Shown here in pieces: positions 62,721 through 64,000 of a stretch of DNA of 64,000 nt. The notes under the pieces were generated by a model that saw nothing but the letters and a program-made list of their open reading frames with translations, searched no databases and was not told the origin of the DNA. The DNA lies in the NCBI GenBank assembly GCA_030704615.1, contig CM060731.1, positions 31,682,001 to 31,746,000 of the forward strand, read 5' to 3'. The position numbers and the translations under genes are program-made. The stretch comes from Takakia lepidozioides (taxonomy: Eukaryota > Plantae > Bryophyta). Positions within the stretch are counted from its first letter, which is position 1. Every line of letters begins with the position of its first letter.

Positions 62721-64000
62721 AAAGAATGAGAGCAGGTGGAAGCTGATGTGCACATGCCAGGTGTCTTTGTGCTTCAGCAAAACTGCTGCTGCCTATGGCA
62801 TTTTGACCCCCCTTACTTTGACCAGTTGTAAATCAGAAAATATGAATCAATTTTTTGCATTCTATGGCTCATCAGAATGCCAATGTGCTGGACAACACCT
62901 ATAAGCAAGATGAGGTCCTGCAGATTTCATCCCGTCATTGAAAATTGCAAATTCCTCCAATTTCCCTTATTGTTTTGGGAGGGGCCCAAAAAATGGGCCC
63001 CACACTCAAGGGTGGTGTTTCTCTGATTTTCGCCTGATTGGCCTGGAAATTTACAGGTGTCTGGAAGGGGTAGGTATGAGCATAATGTCCGGTCAATTTT
63101 CCCAAAAACTTTTTTTTCGCTGAGATATTCTCATTTTTCTGAGTTGGGGTCCATTTTTTTCAAAAAGTCAACATTGGGCACCGGGCGCTTAAGGGTTAAT
63201 CTCTTTTGCGCCATCCTTTCTGAACCTGTAGAATAAAAACAAAAATCAACCCCAAGAAAAGGATCAATTAGTTTCGAGGTTTGTTCGCAGGGAAAGCACT
63301 ATACAATTACGAAATAACGATGCTAGACTATTTTATCTCTCTCTGCCCCTTCAATGGAACTTTTACCACTAGTCATCTTCATCTAACACGATCATCATTT
63401 TTCCAGTTTCATAAATATTTTCTCCATCCTCTATTAATTTTGCTCCATCGGCTGAAATTAAATACCATTGCTCAACTATATTCTTCCTCCATTAGTCTTC
63501 TTTATAAAGGATCGATAATTCCCTATACCACCCTTTACTCACCAGTTGTAATTGTATAATCTCTTTATCGCTGCAACAAAGCTTCTTAAAAATATCTATC
63601 GATACGTTGTCTGATAAAATTAGTAATCAACTCGGATGATTCTTTTACTTCCTCATCCTTTGGCTTTTCCATTCAAATTCCCTTTCCTTCTCTATTAATC
63701 TCCCCTGTCTAATTCAATCAAGGTCTTCCTACTCCAAAGTCCTTTATTCGTGCCTTCATATATTCTGGGTATCCATCTAAAGGACAACACCACATCTGGA
63801 TCCACTTACGTTGCAGATGGCAATGTTTATATAGAACTGATAACTCCTTGTACCATGCTGTACTTCCACTCTCTAATTGCACTAATTCTGCATCATTACA
63901 GGACAGACTCTTAAATATCATAATTGATACATCTTTTGGTAGCCAGGATTTAATTCTCTCACAAAATTCTCATCTCCTCCAATGATGCACATTCTCACCA

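Larger units (their letters stand above)
59700..63195 (+). mobile_element. piggyBac element: right end intact, left end not found (left boundary approximate)
   Basis: Right TIR GGGCGCTTAAGGG (63183-63195) followed by TTAA (63196-63199), downstream of the transposase. Confidence 0.75.

Noticed and set aside
63200-64000. Minus-strand coding-like remnant at the window end
   Set aside because: It looks like a decayed ORF but no family could be recognised.

Overview
Eukaryotic nuclear DNA from a land plant, most likely a non-seed plant such as a bryophyte (inferred from gene content and repeat style; the species cannot be determined). Four spliced host genes could be rebuilt exon by exon. (1) The 3' part of an ETR1-type ethylene-receptor hybrid histidine kinase (+, 4972-10200); its sensor exon(s) are not in the window. 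(2) A 12-exon, probably plastid-targeted class I fructose-bisphosphate aldolase (+, 19011-22828) with a GC-AG intron and no C-terminal Tyr. (3) A COQ10-like START protein (-, 24367-29384) whose first intron holds a 3.5-kb LINE. (4) A Yippee-like protein (-, 36445-39677). Pseudogenes or fragments of PPR, mTERF and phi-GST genes are also present. The rest is a dense transposon mosaic. It includes a piggyBac family (near-intact DDD transposase, a complete TTAA-flanked non-autonomous copy, orphan ends and a relic), hAT MITEs with 8-bp TSDs, CACTA remnants, a TC-microsatellite-associated LINE family, tRNA-derived SINEs (two forming a head-to-head hairpin upstream of COQ10) and several minisatellites. 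A G-rich minisatellite abutting the aldolase 5' region contains a ~340-bp fragment of a mitochondrial matR-like group II intron maturase. All homology calls come from motif recognition by eye; no database searches were run.
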